Shown here: piece by piece, positions 28,591-40,360 of the stretch | Numbering within the stretch: position 1 is the stretch's first letter | Layout of the letters: each line of letters starts with the position of its first letter | Source: Bdellovibrionales bacterium | GTDB lineage: Bacteria; Bdellovibrionota; Bdellovibrionia; Bdellovibrionales; Bdellovibrionaceae | Assembly: GCA_031370005.1 (NCBI GenBank) | Contig: JANMPT010000110.1 | Span: forward strand, 64,001 to 128,000 | Length of the DNA stretch: 64,000 bases | Direction: 5' to 3' | Made by a program: the position numbers and the translations under genes | Notes under the pieces: generated by a model | Database searches by the model: none | The model's input: the letters and a program-made list of their open reading frames with translations, nothing else | What the model was told of the DNA's origin: nothing

Positions 28591-30204
28591 ATGAACATGC
28601 TAGCGACCCCGCTTATTCAAAAAGAAATTCAAAGACGTCGTACTTTCGCGATCATCTCTCATCCGGATGCTGGCAAAACAACTCTCACTGAGAAGTTGCT
28701 TTATCATGGCGGAGTGATTCATGAAACCGGTGAGGTCAAAGGAAAGCATGGAACAAAGGCGGTAACTTCAGACTGGATGGAGCTTGAGCGCCAAAAAGGG
28801 ATTTCAATCACCTCTTCAGTGATGACTTTCGAATATAAGCAATTGCGTGTGAATCTGCTTGATACTCCCGGCCATAAGGACTTTTCTGAGGATACTTACC
28901 GCGTTTTAATGGCTGTGGATTCTGCTTGTATGCTGATTGACGTTGCCAAGGGCGTTGAGGAACGGACAAAGAGATTATATGAGGTCTGTCGTCTTCGACA
29001 AATTCCAATTTTCACCTTTGTTAACAAACTTGATCGTGAGGGTAAAGACCCACTTTCCTTGATTGACGAAGTGGAAAAAACTTTGAATATGCAATGTTAT
29101 CCCGTGACTTGGCCTTTGGGCATCGGACAGCGTTTCCGCGGTATTTATAATCGGATCACTAAAGAGCTTTGGATCTATGATCAGCGCCGCGAAGAGGTGG
29201 AGGACTACAAGGTTATTCCTTTTACTCCAGGCAAGGATGATGCGATTTTGTTTGATTATCTTGATCGAGAATCAGCAGAGCAAGTGATTGGCGAGCTTGA
29301 GTTGATCGAGGGCGCCTTACCTCCTTTTGATGAACAAGCATTCTTAGCTGGCGAGCTTTCTCCGGTGACCTTCGGGTCGGCAAAACAAAACTTTGGAGTG
29401 GAGACATTCTTAAACTTTTTTACGCAGTATGCTCCCGGTCCTCAGTCGCGAAAAACCAAAGGGGGGGCTGCAATAGATCCTTGTGATGCAAACTTTACTG
29501 GCTTTGTATTTAAGATTCAAGCCAACATGGACAAGCGTCATCGTGACCGTATTGCTTTCATCCGTATTTGTTCTGGAAAGTTTGGTCGTGGAATGAAAGT
29601 GCAACACTCACGGCTTGATCGTGAGCTTCGCTTATCTTATGCAAGTCAGTTTATCGCTGCAGACAAGGCCACCATCGAAGACGCCTATGCGGGAGACATT
29701 GTGGGAGTGGGTGATACAGGAAATTTTGCAATTGGTGACTGCGTGTCGTCCGCGGGCAAAGTTCAATTTGAGGATATTCCAAAATTTGCACCTGAGCTTT
29801 TTGGTAAACTTTCAGTGCGAGATGCCCTGAGACGCCAGAAAATGCAAGAGGCCTTGAAGCACTTATCTGAAGAGGGTGCGATTCAGCTTTTTTATGATCC
29901 AGTCTATGGTCCCCAAGATCCCATTGTTGGTGCCGTTGGTGAGCTTCAGTTTGAAGTTTTGATTCATCGCCTAAGCGATGAGTACAACCTGGAGGTGAAA
30001 CTGACACGCTTGCCATTTACTGTGGCCCGTTGGCCACGCAGTGAAGACGGTAAACCAGTGGAGCAACTCAATGGGGGCTTTACAATTTACCGCGATATGA
30101 TCGAGCAACCGATGATTTTGCTAAACCAGGAGTGGGATCTCAACTGGGCTCAACGTGAAAATCCGAAAGTTCAATTCATGACTTCCATTAGTCGAGCGCG
30201 GTAG
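28591..30204 (+). CDS. prfC: Peptide chain release factor 3
   Basis: RRTFAIISHPDAGKTT, DTPGHKDFSEDTYR, NKLD. Confidence 0.98.
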   Translation: MNMLATPLIQKEIQRRRTFAIISHPDAGKTTLTEKLLYHGGVIHETGEVKGKHGTKAVTSDWMELERQKGISITSSVMTFEYKQLRVNLLDTPGHKDFSEDTYRVLMAVDSACMLIDVAKGVEERTKRLYEVCRLRQIPIFTFVNKLDREGKDPLSLIDEVEKTLNMQCYPVTWPLGIGQRFRGIYNRITKELWIYDQRREEVEDYKVIPFTPGKDDAILFDYLDRESAEQVIGELELIEGALPPFDEQAFLAGELSPVTFGSAKQNFGVETFLNFFTQYAPGPQSRKTKGGAAIDPCDANFTGFVFKIQANMDKRHRDRIAFIRICSGKFGRGMKVQHSRLDRELRLSYASQFIAADKATIEDAYAGDIVGVGDTGNFAIGDCVSSAGKVQFEDIPKFAPELFGKLSVRDALRRQKMQEALKHLSEEGAIQLFYDPVYGPQDPIVGAVGELQFEVLIHRLSDEYNLEVKLTRLPFTVARWPRSEDGKPVEQLNGGFTIYRDMIEQPMILLNQEWDLNWAQRENPKVQFMTSISRAR

Positions 30205-30206
30205 CT

Positions 30207-31127
30207 ATGAATCCATTAGAAATTGTTAATTTAAAAAAATCATATGGTCCTTTTGAAGCCGTTCGCGGCATAAGCTTTGAGGTGCGGCCTTCTGAAATTT
30301 TTGGTTTGCTTGGCCCTAACGGAGCTGGAAAGACCACAATCATTTCAATTGTTACTACCTTAGAAAAGCTCACTTCCGGGAAAGTAAAGGTTTTTGGCGA
30401 GGATGTTTCTGATAACCCCTTGTTCACAAAAAAACAATTGGGCGTTGTTCATCAAGAGGTGATCAACTCCGGTTATTTTGATGTAGAAGAGATTTTAGAA
30501 TTTCAATCGGGCTATTATGGGTTTCGTAAAAACACCGAACGAATTCACTTTCTTTTGCACAAGTTAAATTTGTATGAGCATCGCCGAAAAAAAGTAAAAC
30601 AACTTTCTGGCGGCATGAAACGTCGTTTGATGATTGCAAAAGCCCTGGTCCATAATCCGAAACTATTGTTGTTGGACGAGCCCACGGCGGGCGTGGATAT
30701 TACGTTGCGGGAAACCCTTTGGGATTTTGTCCGTGAACTTAAAAAAGAAGGCATGAGTATTTTACTTACGACTCACTATCTTGAGGAAGCAGAAGTGCTT
30801 TGTGATCGCGTGGGAATTATTAATCATGGGCGAGTCGAAACCATGGGGCCCACAAGGGGGATCATTAAGGATTTCACTCAGCGCGAAATGGTACTAACAT
30901 TAAACGAGGAGATCCTTGTTCCGAAGCAAATATTACTTGGAAAAGATCATAATATTTATCGAATATTAATTCCTTCCGGAGTCAATATTGGTCAGCTTTT
31001 GTCAGATCTTCACGTGGAAGGTAAAATGATTGTGGATTTGCAAATCAAAGAGGGAAGTCTTGAAGAGGCCTTTTTGCGAGTTCTTAAAAATGAAGCGGAT
31101 AGTTCTTCGAGGGAGACTCAGCCATGA
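30207..31127 (+). CDS. ABC transporter ATP-binding protein (YadG-like)
   Basis: GPNGAGKT, LSGGM, LLLLDEPT. Confidence 0.95.
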   Translation: MNPLEIVNLKKSYGPFEAVRGISFEVRPSEIFGLLGPNGAGKTTIISIVTTLEKLTSGKVKVFGEDVSDNPLFTKKQLGVVHQEVINSGYFDVEEILEFQSGYYGFRKNTERIHFLLHKLNLYEHRRKKVKQLSGGMKRRLMIAKALVHNPKLLLLDEPTAGVDITLRETLWDFVRELKKEGMSILLTTHYLEEAEVLCDRVGIINHGRVETMGPTRGIIKDFTQREMVLTLNEEILVPKQILLGKDHNIYRILIPSGVNIGQLLSDLHVEGKMIVDLQIKEGSLEEAFLRVLKNEADSSSRETQP

Positions 31128-31900
31128 ATAGCGGTTTTGTCACTCTTTTCACTCGAGAAATTAAGAGATTCATGAAGGTTGTTGTGCAAACAGTCGTGAC
31201 TCCCTTTGTGAGTTCCTTTTTATATTTGCTAGTTTTCGGCGTGTCCTTGGGGTCTCAAGTTCAGACGCACGGAGGTGTGCCCTATCTTGCATTTTTGATT
31301 CCCGGTTTAATGATGATGGGATTAATAAACAATGCTTTTCAAAACTCATCATCTTCCATTGTCTCTTCAAAATTCTCAGGCGATCTTGAGGATATTCGTG
31401 TAGCACCCATTACGAATCAACAGATCATTTGGGCCATGAGCTTAGGCGGCGTGGTCCGAGGAAGCCTTGTGGCCTTGATTACCTACGTGGTTGGAGCTGT
31501 TTTTTACTATGCCCAACAAAACGAAATTTTGAGCATCGCCCACCCCTTTGTGTTGCTTTACTTTGTAATAATGGGGGGACTCATCTTTGGAATGATCGGA
31601 ATTGCGGTGGCATTTTGGGCAGAAACATTTGACCAGCTCAGTGCTTTTAGTGCCTTTGTACTTTTGCCCCTAACTTATCTGGGGGGTGTTTTTATTTCAG
31701 TGGCGAGTTTGCATCCCTTTTGGCAGACGGTTGCAAAAATGAATCCCTTACTTTATTTGATCAATGGACTTCGTTATGGAGTTCTCGGCGTCAGTGATGT
31801 GGAGGTCGGTCATTCAATTATTCTGAGTCTTATCGGATTTGTAGTGTTCTATGGTTTATCATTGTGGAGTCTTCGTAAAGGGTCCTTTCAGCGCTGGTAA
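31124..31900 (+). CDS. ABC-2 transporter permease (YadH-like)
   Basis: Six TM segments, YLAFLIPGL, NPLLYLINGLR. Confidence 0.93.
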   Translation: MNSGFVTLFTREIKRFMKVVVQTVVTPFVSSFLYLLVFGVSLGSQVQTHGGVPYLAFLIPGLMMMGLINNAFQNSSSSIVSSKFSGDLEDIRVAPITNQQIIWAMSLGGVVRGSLVALITYVVGAVFYYAQQNEILSIAHPFVLLYFVIMGGLIFGMIGIAVAFWAETFDQLSAFSAFVLLPLTYLGGVFISVASLHPFWQTVAKMNPLLYLINGLRYGVLGVSDVEVGHSIILSLIGFVVFYGLSLWSLRKGSFQRW

Positions 31901-31989
31901 TAGCCCTGCGCATTAAGTGATCTTATTTCTGGAAACTTCGCTTGGATGATGTGGGAAAAAAGCATAAGGCTTAGGCTTTAGAGGGAAAA

Positions 31990-33324
31990 ATGTTCGAAAA
32001 TCTGTCTGATAAAATTATGACAAGTCTTAAAAAGGTTCGTGGTCAAAATAAGATCTCCGAATCTAATATTGAAGAGGCAATCAAAGAAATTCGCTTAGGT
32101 CTACTTGAGGCGGATGTGAATTTTAAGGTTGTAAAATCCTTTATTGATAAGGTTAAAGCAAAAGCTCTAGGCCAAGAGGTTCTTGCAAATGTTAATCCAG
32201 GTCAACAGTTCGTAAAAATCGTTCACGATGAACTCGTTGATATTTTAGGCGGCGACGCTGTTGATATTAACGTGCGTGAAAATCCCAGCGTAATTTTTAT
32301 GGTGGGTCTGCAAGGAGCAGGCAAAACAACAACTGCAGCAAAACTCAGCTTGTTTATTCGTCAAAAGCTTGGAAAAAAACCAGGCTTGGTCCCTGCAGAT
32401 GTCTACCGTCCAGCAGCTATAGATCAATTACAGACTCTGGCGAATCAAAATAGCATTCCCTGTTTCCCAGCCCGCAAAGATCAAAAACCAGAAGAAATAT
32501 TGGAGCAGGCAAAGAAATGGGCCCGTGACAATATGATTGAGGTCGTCCTTGTTGATACTGCTGGTCGCCTGCAAATTGACGATCAACTGATGACGGAGCT
32601 TCAGAATCTCAAGCAGATCTGGGCTCCACAAGAGGTTCTTTTGATTGCAGACGCGATGCTAGGTCAACAATCCGTGAATGTCGCTGAAGGTTTCCATCAA
32701 CGACTAGGACTGACGGGTTTGGTTTTAACTAAAGTGGATGGGGATGCTCGCGGTGGTGCGGCTTTAAGTATTCGTGAGGTTACAGGAATTCCTATTAAGT
32801 TCCTCGGAGTCGGCGAAAAGGTTGCTGCACTTGAGGTCTTCCATCCTGATCGTTTGGCTTCGCGTATTCTTGATATGGGCGACGTTTTAACTTTGGTCGA
32901 GAGAGCACAAGAGGTGATCGACGAAAAGTCGGCCCGGGAGAGTGCTCGGAAGATGGCAAAGAATGAGTTCGATCTCGAAGATTTCTTGAGCCAGATTCAG
33001 CAATTGAAAAAGCTGGGTGGAATGGAAGGTCTTTTGAAATTTTTACCTGGAATGGGTGGTCTTTCAAAGCAACTGAAGAATATGACCCCGCCAGATCAGG
33101 AGATTAAAAAACTCGAGGCGATCATCCGTTCGATGACTCACCAAGAACGGAAAAACCATAAGATTCTAAATGCTTCGCGTCGGCAAAGAATTGCAAGTGG
33201 AAGTGGTACCCAGGTGCAGGATGTGAATAAGCTCATAAAGCAATTTGAGGATGCCAAGAAGATGATGAGCGGCTTGATGAAGAGTGGAATGGGTCGTGGG
33301 GGCGGGATGAAGCTCCCATTTTAA
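31990..33324 (+). CDS. ffh: Signal recognition particle protein
   Basis: GLQGAGKTT, DTAGR, TKVDGDARGG, Met-rich M domain. Confidence 0.98.
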   Translation: MFENLSDKIMTSLKKVRGQNKISESNIEEAIKEIRLGLLEADVNFKVVKSFIDKVKAKALGQEVLANVNPGQQFVKIVHDELVDILGGDAVDINVRENPSVIFMVGLQGAGKTTTAAKLSLFIRQKLGKKPGLVPADVYRPAAIDQLQTLANQNSIPCFPARKDQKPEEILEQAKKWARDNMIEVVLVDTAGRLQIDDQLMTELQNLKQIWAPQEVLLIADAMLGQQSVNVAEGFHQRLGLTGLVLTKVDGDARGGAALSIREVTGIPIKFLGVGEKVAALEVFHPDRLASRILDMGDVLTLVERAQEVIDEKSARESARKMAKNEFDLEDFLSQIQQLKKLGGMEGLLKFLPGMGGLSKQLKNMTPPDQEIKKLEAIIRSMTHQERKNHKILNASRRQRIASGSGTQVQDVNKLIKQFEDAKKMMSGLMKSGMGRGGGMKLPF

Positions 33325-33440
33325 ACTTGATCTCCTTTTACAAAAAAGGTAAACCTGACGACTTGTTATTGTTTTTTTTATAAAACTTTGCTAAATATTT
33401 AGCTGTTTAAACTGTTTAATATAGTTGATAAGAGGATTTC

Positions 33441-33692
33441 ATGGCAGTTGTTATTCGTTTGGCTCGAACTGGAACAAAGCACACCCCTAAATACCGTATC
33501 ACTGTGGCAGATTCTCGCCGCTATGTTACTGGTAAGCATTTGGAAGTAATTGGTACTTACATTCCAACACCAAAAGGTGCTGACCAAAAAGTTAAAATTG
33601 ACTTAGATAAGTACAATGAGTGGATCAAAAAAGGCGCACAAGCTTCAGACCGTGTAAAGCACGTGGTGAAGCTTGCCCAGGCTGCAAAATAA
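33441..33692 (+). CDS. rpsP: 30S ribosomal protein S16
   Basis: MAVVIRLAR...YRITVADSR. Confidence 0.98.
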   Translation: MAVVIRLARTGTKHTPKYRITVADSRRYVTGKHLEVIGTYIPTPKGADQKVKIDLDKYNEWIKKGAQASDRVKHVVKLAQAAK

Positions 33693-33760
33693 TTAAAAAA
33701 TAACCAGGTCCCATTAAGGGGCTTGGATCGCTATTGCGGACACATGATGTGGAGGAACTC

Positions 33761-34000
33761 ATGGAAAATCTAAAAGACCTCGTTGAATTTATGGCGAAAT
33801 CTTTGGTTGATAAACCAGAGCACGTTGAAGTTGACGAGATCCCGGGGCAGCAAACAACTTTGTTGGCCCTAAAAGTCGATAAAGAGGATTTGGGTAAGGT
33901 TATCGGCAAGCAAGGTAAAACTGCAGCTGCAATGAGAACTATCATTCGCGCAGCAGGTACCAAGCTGAATAAGCGTTACCACCTTGACATCGTTGAGTAG
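33761..34000 (+). CDS. khpA: KH-domain RNA-binding protein
   Basis: DLGKVIGKQGKTA; GGAGG RBS before ATG 33761. Confidence 0.93.
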   Translation: MENLKDLVEFMAKSLVDKPEHVEVDEIPGQQTTLLALKVDKEDLGKVIGKQGKTAAAMRTIIRAAGTKLNKRYHLDIVE

Positions 34001-34032
34001 CATTTAGTTTTTGCACAAGTGTTTAGATTAAG

Positions 34033-34064
34033 AATAGGGGCTTAAAGGCCCCTATTTCATTTTA
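34033..34064 (+). terminator. Hairpin terminator after khpA
   Basis: AATAGGGGC-TTAAAG-GCCCCTATT plus T-rich tail. Confidence 0.6.
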
Positions 34065-34128
34065 AAATTATTTCGAAAATATATTTCGAATATTGCGAGC
34101 ACATAAAAGACATGGCATTAAGGTTTCT

Positions 34129-34650
34129 ATGGCAATGAAGTTGGTTGGAAAAGTTAAAGATGCCCATGGTCTTAGGGGTGAACTCTATATTTTTGTTTTT
34201 TCAGGCGAAGTTTCTTGGTTTAAAAAACTCAAGGATTTCGAACTACGCTCACCTAAAACGGGTGAAGTAACTTCTTATACAGTAGAAAAAATGAAACCTT
34301 TTAAGCAAGGTCTAATTGTTAAAATACCCATGATGACGGATCGTAGTGCAGCTGAAGCAGTTAAAGGTTTTGAATTCTTAATTCCAGCCGATATTTTTGT
34401 TTCTAAACCAGGTGAAACAATTTTTTTGAGTGAAATCATGGGATTTATGGTGAAAAATCTTGCTCAGAGCAACATTGGTCCGATCAAAGGTTTTTCCTCT
34501 AATGGGGCGCAGGATCTTCTTGTGGTAGAAACTGCCAAGGGTTCTGTTGAAATCCCATTTGTGGAAGCTTTTATAAAAAAAATCGATTTTAGACACAATA
34601 CTGTCGTTATGGACTTACCAGATGGCCTTTTGGATCTTGAGAGTTTGTAG
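34129..34650 (+). CDS. rimM: Ribosome maturation factor RimM
   Basis: [29 protein letters not shown]; synteny. Confidence 0.95.
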   Translation: MAMKLVGKVKDAHGLRGELYIFVFSGEVSWFKKLKDFELRSPKTGEVTSYTVEKMKPFKQGLIVKIPMMTDRSAAEAVKGFEFLIPADIFVSKPGETIFLSEIMGFMVKNLAQSNIGPIKGFSSNGAQDLLVVETAKGSVEIPFVEAFIKKIDFRHNTVVMDLPDGLLDLESL

Positions 34651-35444
34651 TGGCTTTTCACTTTCAGGTGATCACGATTTTTCCAGAAATGATTCAGGCT
34701 GCGATGTCAGCTGGTGTGTTTTCCCAGGCTCAGAAGAGTTCATTGCTGGTGCTTTCCTGTTTAAATCCTCGAGATTTTACCTCTGATACCCATCACACAG
34801 TGGATGACCGGCCCTTTGGAGGCGGTGATGGCATGATTATGTTGTCTGAGCCATTGGAAAAATCCATTGCTATTGCTAAGTCAGCACAGCCGGACTCAAG
34901 AATTATTTATCTTTCGCCCCAGGGGAAAGCTCTGACTCATCAAAAGGCTCGGGCCCTATCTCAAGAGCCTGGTTTGATTTTACTCTGTGGCCGCTATGGT
35001 GGGATTGATCAGCGCGTGATCAACCAAGCTGTGGACGAAGAGATTTCCACCGGGGATTATGTGATCTCAGGCGGAGAGCTTGCCGCCTGTGTGCTAATGG
35101 ATGCAGTTTCCAGATTTATTCCTGGGGTTCTTGGTCATCATGAATCTGTTGATAATGATAGTTTTGCAGACGGACTTTTAGAGCATCCAAATTTTACTCG
35201 TCCGCGGAATTACAGGGGACAGAACGTTCCCGAGGTTCTGTTGGGTGGGAACCATAAAAAGATTAATGAGTGGAAGCACTTGGTATCTTACTTGGTGACT
35301 TTACAAAAACGCCCAGATTTAATTCCAAAAAGTAAGACTTATCCAAGCCTTAAAGCGGCACATACACTTTGGCTGTCTTTAACAGAGGAAGAGCGAATGA
35401 CTTTAGGGCTTACCGCACTGAGGGAAGAAGATTTTCATGAGTGA
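34650..35444 (+). CDS. trmD: tRNA (guanine37-N1)-methyltransferase
   Basis: [31 protein letters not shown]. Confidence 0.97.
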   Translation: MAFHFQVITIFPEMIQAAMSAGVFSQAQKSSLLVLSCLNPRDFTSDTHHTVDDRPFGGGDGMIMLSEPLEKSIAIAKSAQPDSRIIYLSPQGKALTHQKARALSQEPGLILLCGRYGGIDQRVINQAVDEEISTGDYVISGGELAACVLMDAVSRFIPGVLGHHESVDNDSFADGLLEHPNFTRPRNYRGQNVPEVLLGGNHKKINEWKHLVSYLVTLQKRPDLIPKSKTYPSLKAAHTLWLSLTEEERMTLGLTALREEDFHE

Positions 35445-36021
35445 GATATCTAGCTACGTGCCTCGTCTTGCGATTGGCCTCCTCCATTATCCAATTTTAG
35501 ATAAAGAGAAAAAAATCGTTTCGACAAATATCACGAATTTCGATATCCACGACATTGCCCGCGCATCGCGAATGTACTCAGTTGAGAGTTACTATCTGAT
35601 TCATCCCATGCAAGAGCAGCTGATGTTTGTTGAAAGGGTTTTGGATCACTGGAGGGCGGGTCAGGGGGCGAAGTTCAACCCCTCTCGTAAAACAGCTTTA
35701 TCAAAGGTTAAAACCGCAGAAAGTTTTGAGGCGGCATTTAAGGATTGGGGAGTCTCTGATGCAATAAGGGTCGCCACCCATGCCCGTCCCATTGAGGGGG
35801 TTGAGACTTTGAGTTTTCGAGGCCTGCGTAAAAAGATGTATGATGAAAAAAGCCCCTGTTTTCTGCTATTTGGAACAGGATATGGATTGACTGAGGATTT
35901 CATGAAGTCGTGCTCAGCGATTTTAGAACCTATAAAAGGAGCTCCTCCGGATGATTTTCGCCATCTTTCTGTCCGATCTGCCGTCAGTATCTGTCTTGAC
36001 CGTATTATGGGGTCATGGTAG
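35437..36021 (+). CDS. SPOUT-class RNA methyltransferase (DUF2168)
   Basis: [29 protein letters not shown]. Confidence 0.9.
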   Translation: MSEISSYVPRLAIGLLHYPILDKEKKIVSTNITNFDIHDIARASRMYSVESYYLIHPMQEQLMFVERVLDHWRAGQGAKFNPSRKTALSKVKTAESFEAAFKDWGVSDAIRVATHARPIEGVETLSFRGLRKKMYDEKSPCFLLFGTGYGLTEDFMKSCSAILEPIKGAPPDDFRHLSVRSAVSICLDRIMGSW

Positions 36022-36066
36022 TTACTTTCTTTACTTTTATATCTATGTATATTTATGGGGAAAAAA

Positions 36067-36483
36067 ATGGCTAAAGCTGCAAAAAAAACGACAACAAAAG
36101 CTGTTGCTAAAGAGACAAACCTCGTTCGCCGCGTAACTCAACGTGCGGCTAACAAAAGCATTAATTCATTTAAGTCTGGTGACACAGTGAATGTGTATGT
36201 AAAAATAAAAGAGGGCGAAAAAGAACGCATTCAGCTTTATAAAGGGATTGTTACCAAGATCCAAGGGAATGGCGTCGCGAAGTCTTTTACGGTTCGTAAA
36301 ATTTCTGCAGGTGTGGGAGTTGAGAGAACATTTCCATTTGTAAGCCCTGCTATTGATCGTGTTGAAACGCTTGCTCACGGCAAGGTGCGTCGCGCTAAGC
36401 TGTATTTTTTAAGAAATCTTGATGGCAAGGCAGCTAAGATTACCTCTGAAATTGCAACTAAAGAATCTGTAGCGGCTGAGTAG
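36067..36483 (+). CDS. rplS: 50S ribosomal protein L19
   Basis: [28 protein letters not shown]. Confidence 0.98.
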   Translation: MAKAAKKTTTKAVAKETNLVRRVTQRAANKSINSFKSGDTVNVYVKIKEGEKERIQLYKGIVTKIQGNGVAKSFTVRKISAGVGVERTFPFVSPAIDRVETLAHGKVRRAKLYFLRNLDGKAAKITSEIATKESVAAE

Positions 36484-36492
36484 TCTTACGAA

Positions 36493-37128
36493 ATGAAGTC
36501 ATTTGCCAATCATTTGCAGCCTATCGATTGGCGAAGCTTTTCTTCAAAAAATCCTAAATGTTTAATAATCGGTGTCGATGAGGTCGGAAGAGGTTGTCTT
36601 GCTGGCCCAGTTTATGCGGCCGCTGTTTCATTTAATTCTGACATTTTATCCGACCTAGTAACTGATTCGAAGCTCCTGTCCGAAAAGCGTCGCGATCGGC
36701 TTGCCATTGAAATTAAAAAGTATCACCAGATTGGTTTGGGTTTTGCTACTGTCGAGGAGATTGACGAGCTTAATATTCTTCAGGCCTCTTTGCTAGCAAT
36801 GAAGCGGGCCGTGGAAAATCTCGGAGCGACTTCAGGTCATTTATTGATTGATGGAAATAAATCGATTCCAGGAATGTCTTCGAAGTTTAAACAGACCACG
36901 ATTGTAAAAGGCGATCTTAGAGTTTCCCTGATTTCCGCAGCTTCAATTGTCGCGAAGGTCACACGTGATCAGTTGATGAAGGAGTTGGGCATTCAATTTC
37001 CTGTCTATGGATTCGAAACGCATAAAGGCTACTCAACGGCCGCTCATAAAAAAAACATTGCAGACCACGGGCCCTGTATTTGGCACCGCAGGTCCTTTGC
37101 AGGGGTCAAAGAGCACCTCTCTTTGTAA
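36493..37128 (+). CDS. rnhB: Ribonuclease HII
   Basis: [30 protein letters not shown]. Confidence 0.97.
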   Translation: MKSFANHLQPIDWRSFSSKNPKCLIIGVDEVGRGCLAGPVYAAAVSFNSDILSDLVTDSKLLSEKRRDRLAIEIKKYHQIGLGFATVEEIDELNILQASLLAMKRAVENLGATSGHLLIDGNKSIPGMSSKFKQTTIVKGDLRVSLISAASIVAKVTRDQLMKELGIQFPVYGFETHKGYSTAAHKKNIADHGPCIWHRRSFAGVKEHLSL

Positions 37129-37450
37129 GGCGCATGCTCAAGGTGAGTGGGCTGAGCAAAAGGTATCCGACTATTTTCTCAGAAGATCATTTCGAATTTT
37201 AAAAAAACGATGGCGAACTGTTTATGCGGAAATAGACTTGATTATAGAAAGCCCCTCTCGTGAGATTTGGATTATTGAAATAAAAAGTCTAAGCCACTTT
37301 GATTTTATCGATGTGCGGGTTTCTAGAAAGCAAAAAGAGCGTCTCAAGCGCGCTCACCTATTTATACAAAGCAATACATCAAAACAAGTCAGGCTTGCTC
37401 TAGCATTCGTAGATAAGAAAGGGGAGATTCTCATTTTTGATGAGTTCTAA
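37007..37450 (+). CDS. yraN: YraN (UPF0102) family protein; true start probably near 37100-37130
   Basis: GEWAEQ...[12 protein letters not shown]...IEIK; follows rnhB. Confidence 0.8.
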   Translation: MDSKRIKATQRPLIKKTLQTTGPVFGTAGPLQGSKSTSLCKAHAQGEWAEQKVSDYFLRRSFRILKKRWRTVYAEIDLIIESPSREIWIIEIKSLSHFDFIDVRVSRKQKERLKRAHLFIQSNTSKQVRLALAFVDKKGEILIFDEF

Positions 37451-39858
37451 AACCCGTATTGATCAAGGGTTTCCGGCGGCAGTGGTGGTTTTGGGATACC
37501 ATCGAAACTAAAGACAAAGTCGACAAATGTTTTGGTATTTCCATCCGTAGGTAGGTACTGTATTACATTGATCGCCCAACAATCCCCAGGCGGTTTTATT
37601 TGTGCAACGTAGGCCCATGCTTTAATTTTATCATGGGAAGGGGTGTTTGCCCAGTTTGCGTCGTAGACAAACTTTCCCATTAGGTTGAGATAACTGCCTG
37701 TAACTCCAGCGGCAAAAGTATAGTCTTCAACACGGCTATTGGGGTCGACATCGACTCCTGGCGTGATTTTGTATGTCTTGGTGAGCGCTACTTGAAAAAA
37801 CTGACTATAGTCGTTACTGAGGCGAACCCGTGAAGAAATATTTGTAACATTTTGCTGGGGAATATAGTTGAGTGTCGTATAGGTTTGGAAGTGCCCCAAG
37901 CGCACATCCAAAATCGCAGTTATATCAGACCAGGGGTCTCGGGTTGGATTGCGAAGGTTGGCCTGATATGTATCATAAGACTGGAAAATTTTGAGACTAG
38001 CTATCTGTAAATACTCAGGGATATCTCCAACCCATTTTTTCTGCACGAGTTTATTGTTCAAAACAAAAGTAACCTGACCACGCTCATAGATACGATCATT
38101 GTAATCGAATTGTACGCTGCTTGGGCTTGAGACATCCGAATCTGTTAGATAATCTGAGTAGTAAAAGGTTCCATCTGGATCAGCTCCGCTTCCGAAGAAA
38201 GGATGATTCGGGTGCTCGAGCCAAGGAATCGTAGTAGCTACTACCTCTGGAATAATTTCATGTTTATATTTATTTGATTTTGGTGTTTCATTAGAGGCAA
38301 AAATGCGACTCACTGAGGTTTTTGCTCCCAGTGTAGCGCGCACATAGCGGCGTCTGTTGCTGAGACTCTCTCCTGCACTAAATTGGTAATCCGTTTCTCT
38401 ATAAGAAAGTGCAGGAAGAATATTTAAATAATCCCCAACATTGAGAGGACGAGTGATCGTTCCAGACATATCAATACGTTGACCTGTGCGGAGCAAATCA
38501 TTGGTTGAATCGTACTGCCCATCATGCAGAAGGTGACAGTTTGGAAGTTGATCGTATTTAGGATCACTGCAGGTATTCTTTTCGAAGCGAACGCCATTGG
38601 TGGTTTGCATATTATCAAAAGACTGACCAGATCTACTGAAGTTTACGTAGTCGAGATTGTAGTCATAAATAAATTGGGAATTGCGTATTTTTTGCTTTGT
38701 TTGGGAAAAACGAATTTCGGGCAGCCGATGAACCGTATTGGTGTTGGAGGCTAGTGGGTCGGACTGCAGAAGATTCACATAGTAAGAAGTATCAACGCTA
38801 AAATGCTGATCAAAATTATTTTTAGTTAGTGAAACTCGATTATCCATCGCAGGATCGCCGTGATTCAGTGTCTCCTCGGGGAAGTCCTTAGGATACTGTA
38901 AATCACTTGCCATATTGATTTGAGCCCTTTGAACATAGCCGTTTGGCATCTCATAGTGGTGATCATATCGGGTATACCAGCGATTGATGTCTTTACCTCT
39001 TTCACTAGAGGCTTCAAAATCAGTCACTCTAGTATCATTTTTGAAAACACGATCTACTAAGGCCGCAGTATTTAAGGTTCCATAGGAATTTTCATTCAAA
39101 ACATAGCGATACTCGGCAGAGCCTTTAAGCCCGCGCTTCTCATAATTGGTGAAAGCAAAGGTTGCATCTGTACTGCGTGAGATGGCCCAGAAGAGGCTTT
39201 CGGAGAACGCGAGACCTCCAGCCTCATCACCTAAGAGGCGAGGGGTTAGAAGCCCTGTTTGGCGATCACTCTTCAGGGGAACAATTAGATAGGGGAGCCA
39301 GAGAACAGGGACCGAGTAGATTTTTAAAAATGAATTTTTGATATATGCATAGCCCCCCAGTTCTGCGCGAATATTGCTACCAGAAAAACCCCAGGTCGCA
39401 GGACAGTTTGCACAAGTGGTATAATCAGCATCAGAGACAAAATACTCATCTTCACTTGCTTTTTGTAAAACAGATCCAGAGAAAACAACGGGGCCAGATT
39501 GAACAAAACCGTTATAAATAATTCCAGTATTGTTTTCATAGTCGAGGGTCGCAGCAGTTCCTTTCACCGTGGTTTTTTGTGAAGCAATTTCTACATGACC
39601 CAAAAGTTCTGCTTGGCGTGTGCGGAAGTTGATTTTAGCCTTGTCGCACTTGATATGTTGAGTTTGAAAGATGATCTGGACATTGCCGTCAAGTTCAATG
39701 AGTTCATTTTCAGTATCCCGGAACATGGTATCAGCATTGAGTAAAATTCCTTGGATTTTTGCAGAAGACTGAGCGAAGGAGGGCTCCGAGCATAGGCATC
39801 CCAAGAGGAAGAGTATTGCTATATATGGAAGGCGGTGCCCAAGCGTATTGTTAGCCAA
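37447..39858 (-). CDS. lptD: LPS-assembly protein LptD
   Basis: OstA-like N domain, YTTCANCPATW, SDRQTGLLTP, beta-barrel C-terminus. Confidence 0.92.
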   Translation of the reverse strand: MANNTLGHRLPYIAILFLLGCLCSEPSFAQSSAKIQGILLNADTMFRDTENELIELDGNVQIIFQTQHIKCDKAKINFRTRQAELLGHVEIASQKTTVKGTAATLDYENNTGIIYNGFVQSGPVVFSGSVLQKASEDEYFVSDADYTTCANCPATWGFSGSNIRAELGGYAYIKNSFLKIYSVPVLWLPYLIVPLKSDRQTGLLTPRLLGDEAGGLAFSESLFWAISRSTDATFAFTNYEKRGLKGSAEYRYVLNENSYGTLNTAALVDRVFKNDTRVTDFEASSERGKDINRWYTRYDHHYEMPNGYVQRAQINMASDLQYPKDFPEETLNHGDPAMDNRVSLTKNNFDQHFSVDTSYYVNLLQSDPLASNTNTVHRLPEIRFSQTKQKIRNSQFIYDYNLDYVNFSRSGQSFDNMQTTNGVRFEKNTCSDPKYDQLPNCHLLHDGQYDSTNDLLRTGQRIDMSGTITRPLNVGDYLNILPALSYRETDYQFSAGESLSNRRRYVRATLGAKTSVSRIFASNETPKSNKYKHEIIPEVVATTIPWLEHPNHPFFGSGADPDGTFYYSDYLTDSDVSSPSSVQFDYNDRIYERGQVTFVLNNKLVQKKWVGDIPEYLQIASLKIFQSYDTYQANLRNPTRDPWSDITAILDVRLGHFQTYTTLNYIPQQNVTNISSRVRLSNDYSQFFQVALTKTYKITPGVDVDPNSRVEDYTFAAGVTGSYLNLMGKFVYDANWANTPSHDKIKAWAYVAQIKPPGDCWAINVIQYLPTDGNTKTFVDFVFSFDGIPKPPLPPETLDQYGF

Positions 39859-40009
39859 ATAGTTGTTAAATCCGTTTTAGCCTGATGTTAGTCCAAATCA
39901 AATATTAGGTGGCAAAAAGACGATTGTCGAGGTTATTTCTAGTCCATTGCCCTCTACGATAAAGCAAAAGAAATGCCGAAAAAGAAGAACACAGACTGAA
40001 GGGATTTTC

Positions 40010-40360
40010 ATGGAAGCGAAATTCTATAAAGAGGGCGAGATTACAGTTGTCGCATTAAGTGGTCGTCTTGATATTGAAAAGACGTCGGCATTTAGAGCTG
40101 CATGTTTGCAAACTCTAGGGGGAAAGAAAGTAATTTTTTGCATGAAGAACTTGAATTTTGTTGGCTCTACAGGCATTCAAAGTTTTTTCCAAGTTATTCG
40201 TGAGTTCAATCAAACCAAACACTTTAACGCAAGGGTTTCTGAGCTAAATCCTGATTTTTTCAGGTTGTTATCTTTAGTTGGATCTTTGGATTTAGAGATC
40301 TGTGAAAATATGGATGGGGCACTGATGAGTTTTCAGACCCCGACCATTTCTATTATTTAA
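40010..40360 (+). CDS. STAS domain anti-sigma-factor antagonist
   Basis: VVALSGRLD, LNFVGSTGI. Confidence 0.85.
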   Translation: MEAKFYKEGEITVVALSGRLDIEKTSAFRAACLQTLGGKKVIFCMKNLNFVGSTGIQSFFQVIREFNQTKHFNARVSELNPDFFRLLSLVGSLDLEICENMDGALMSFQTPTISII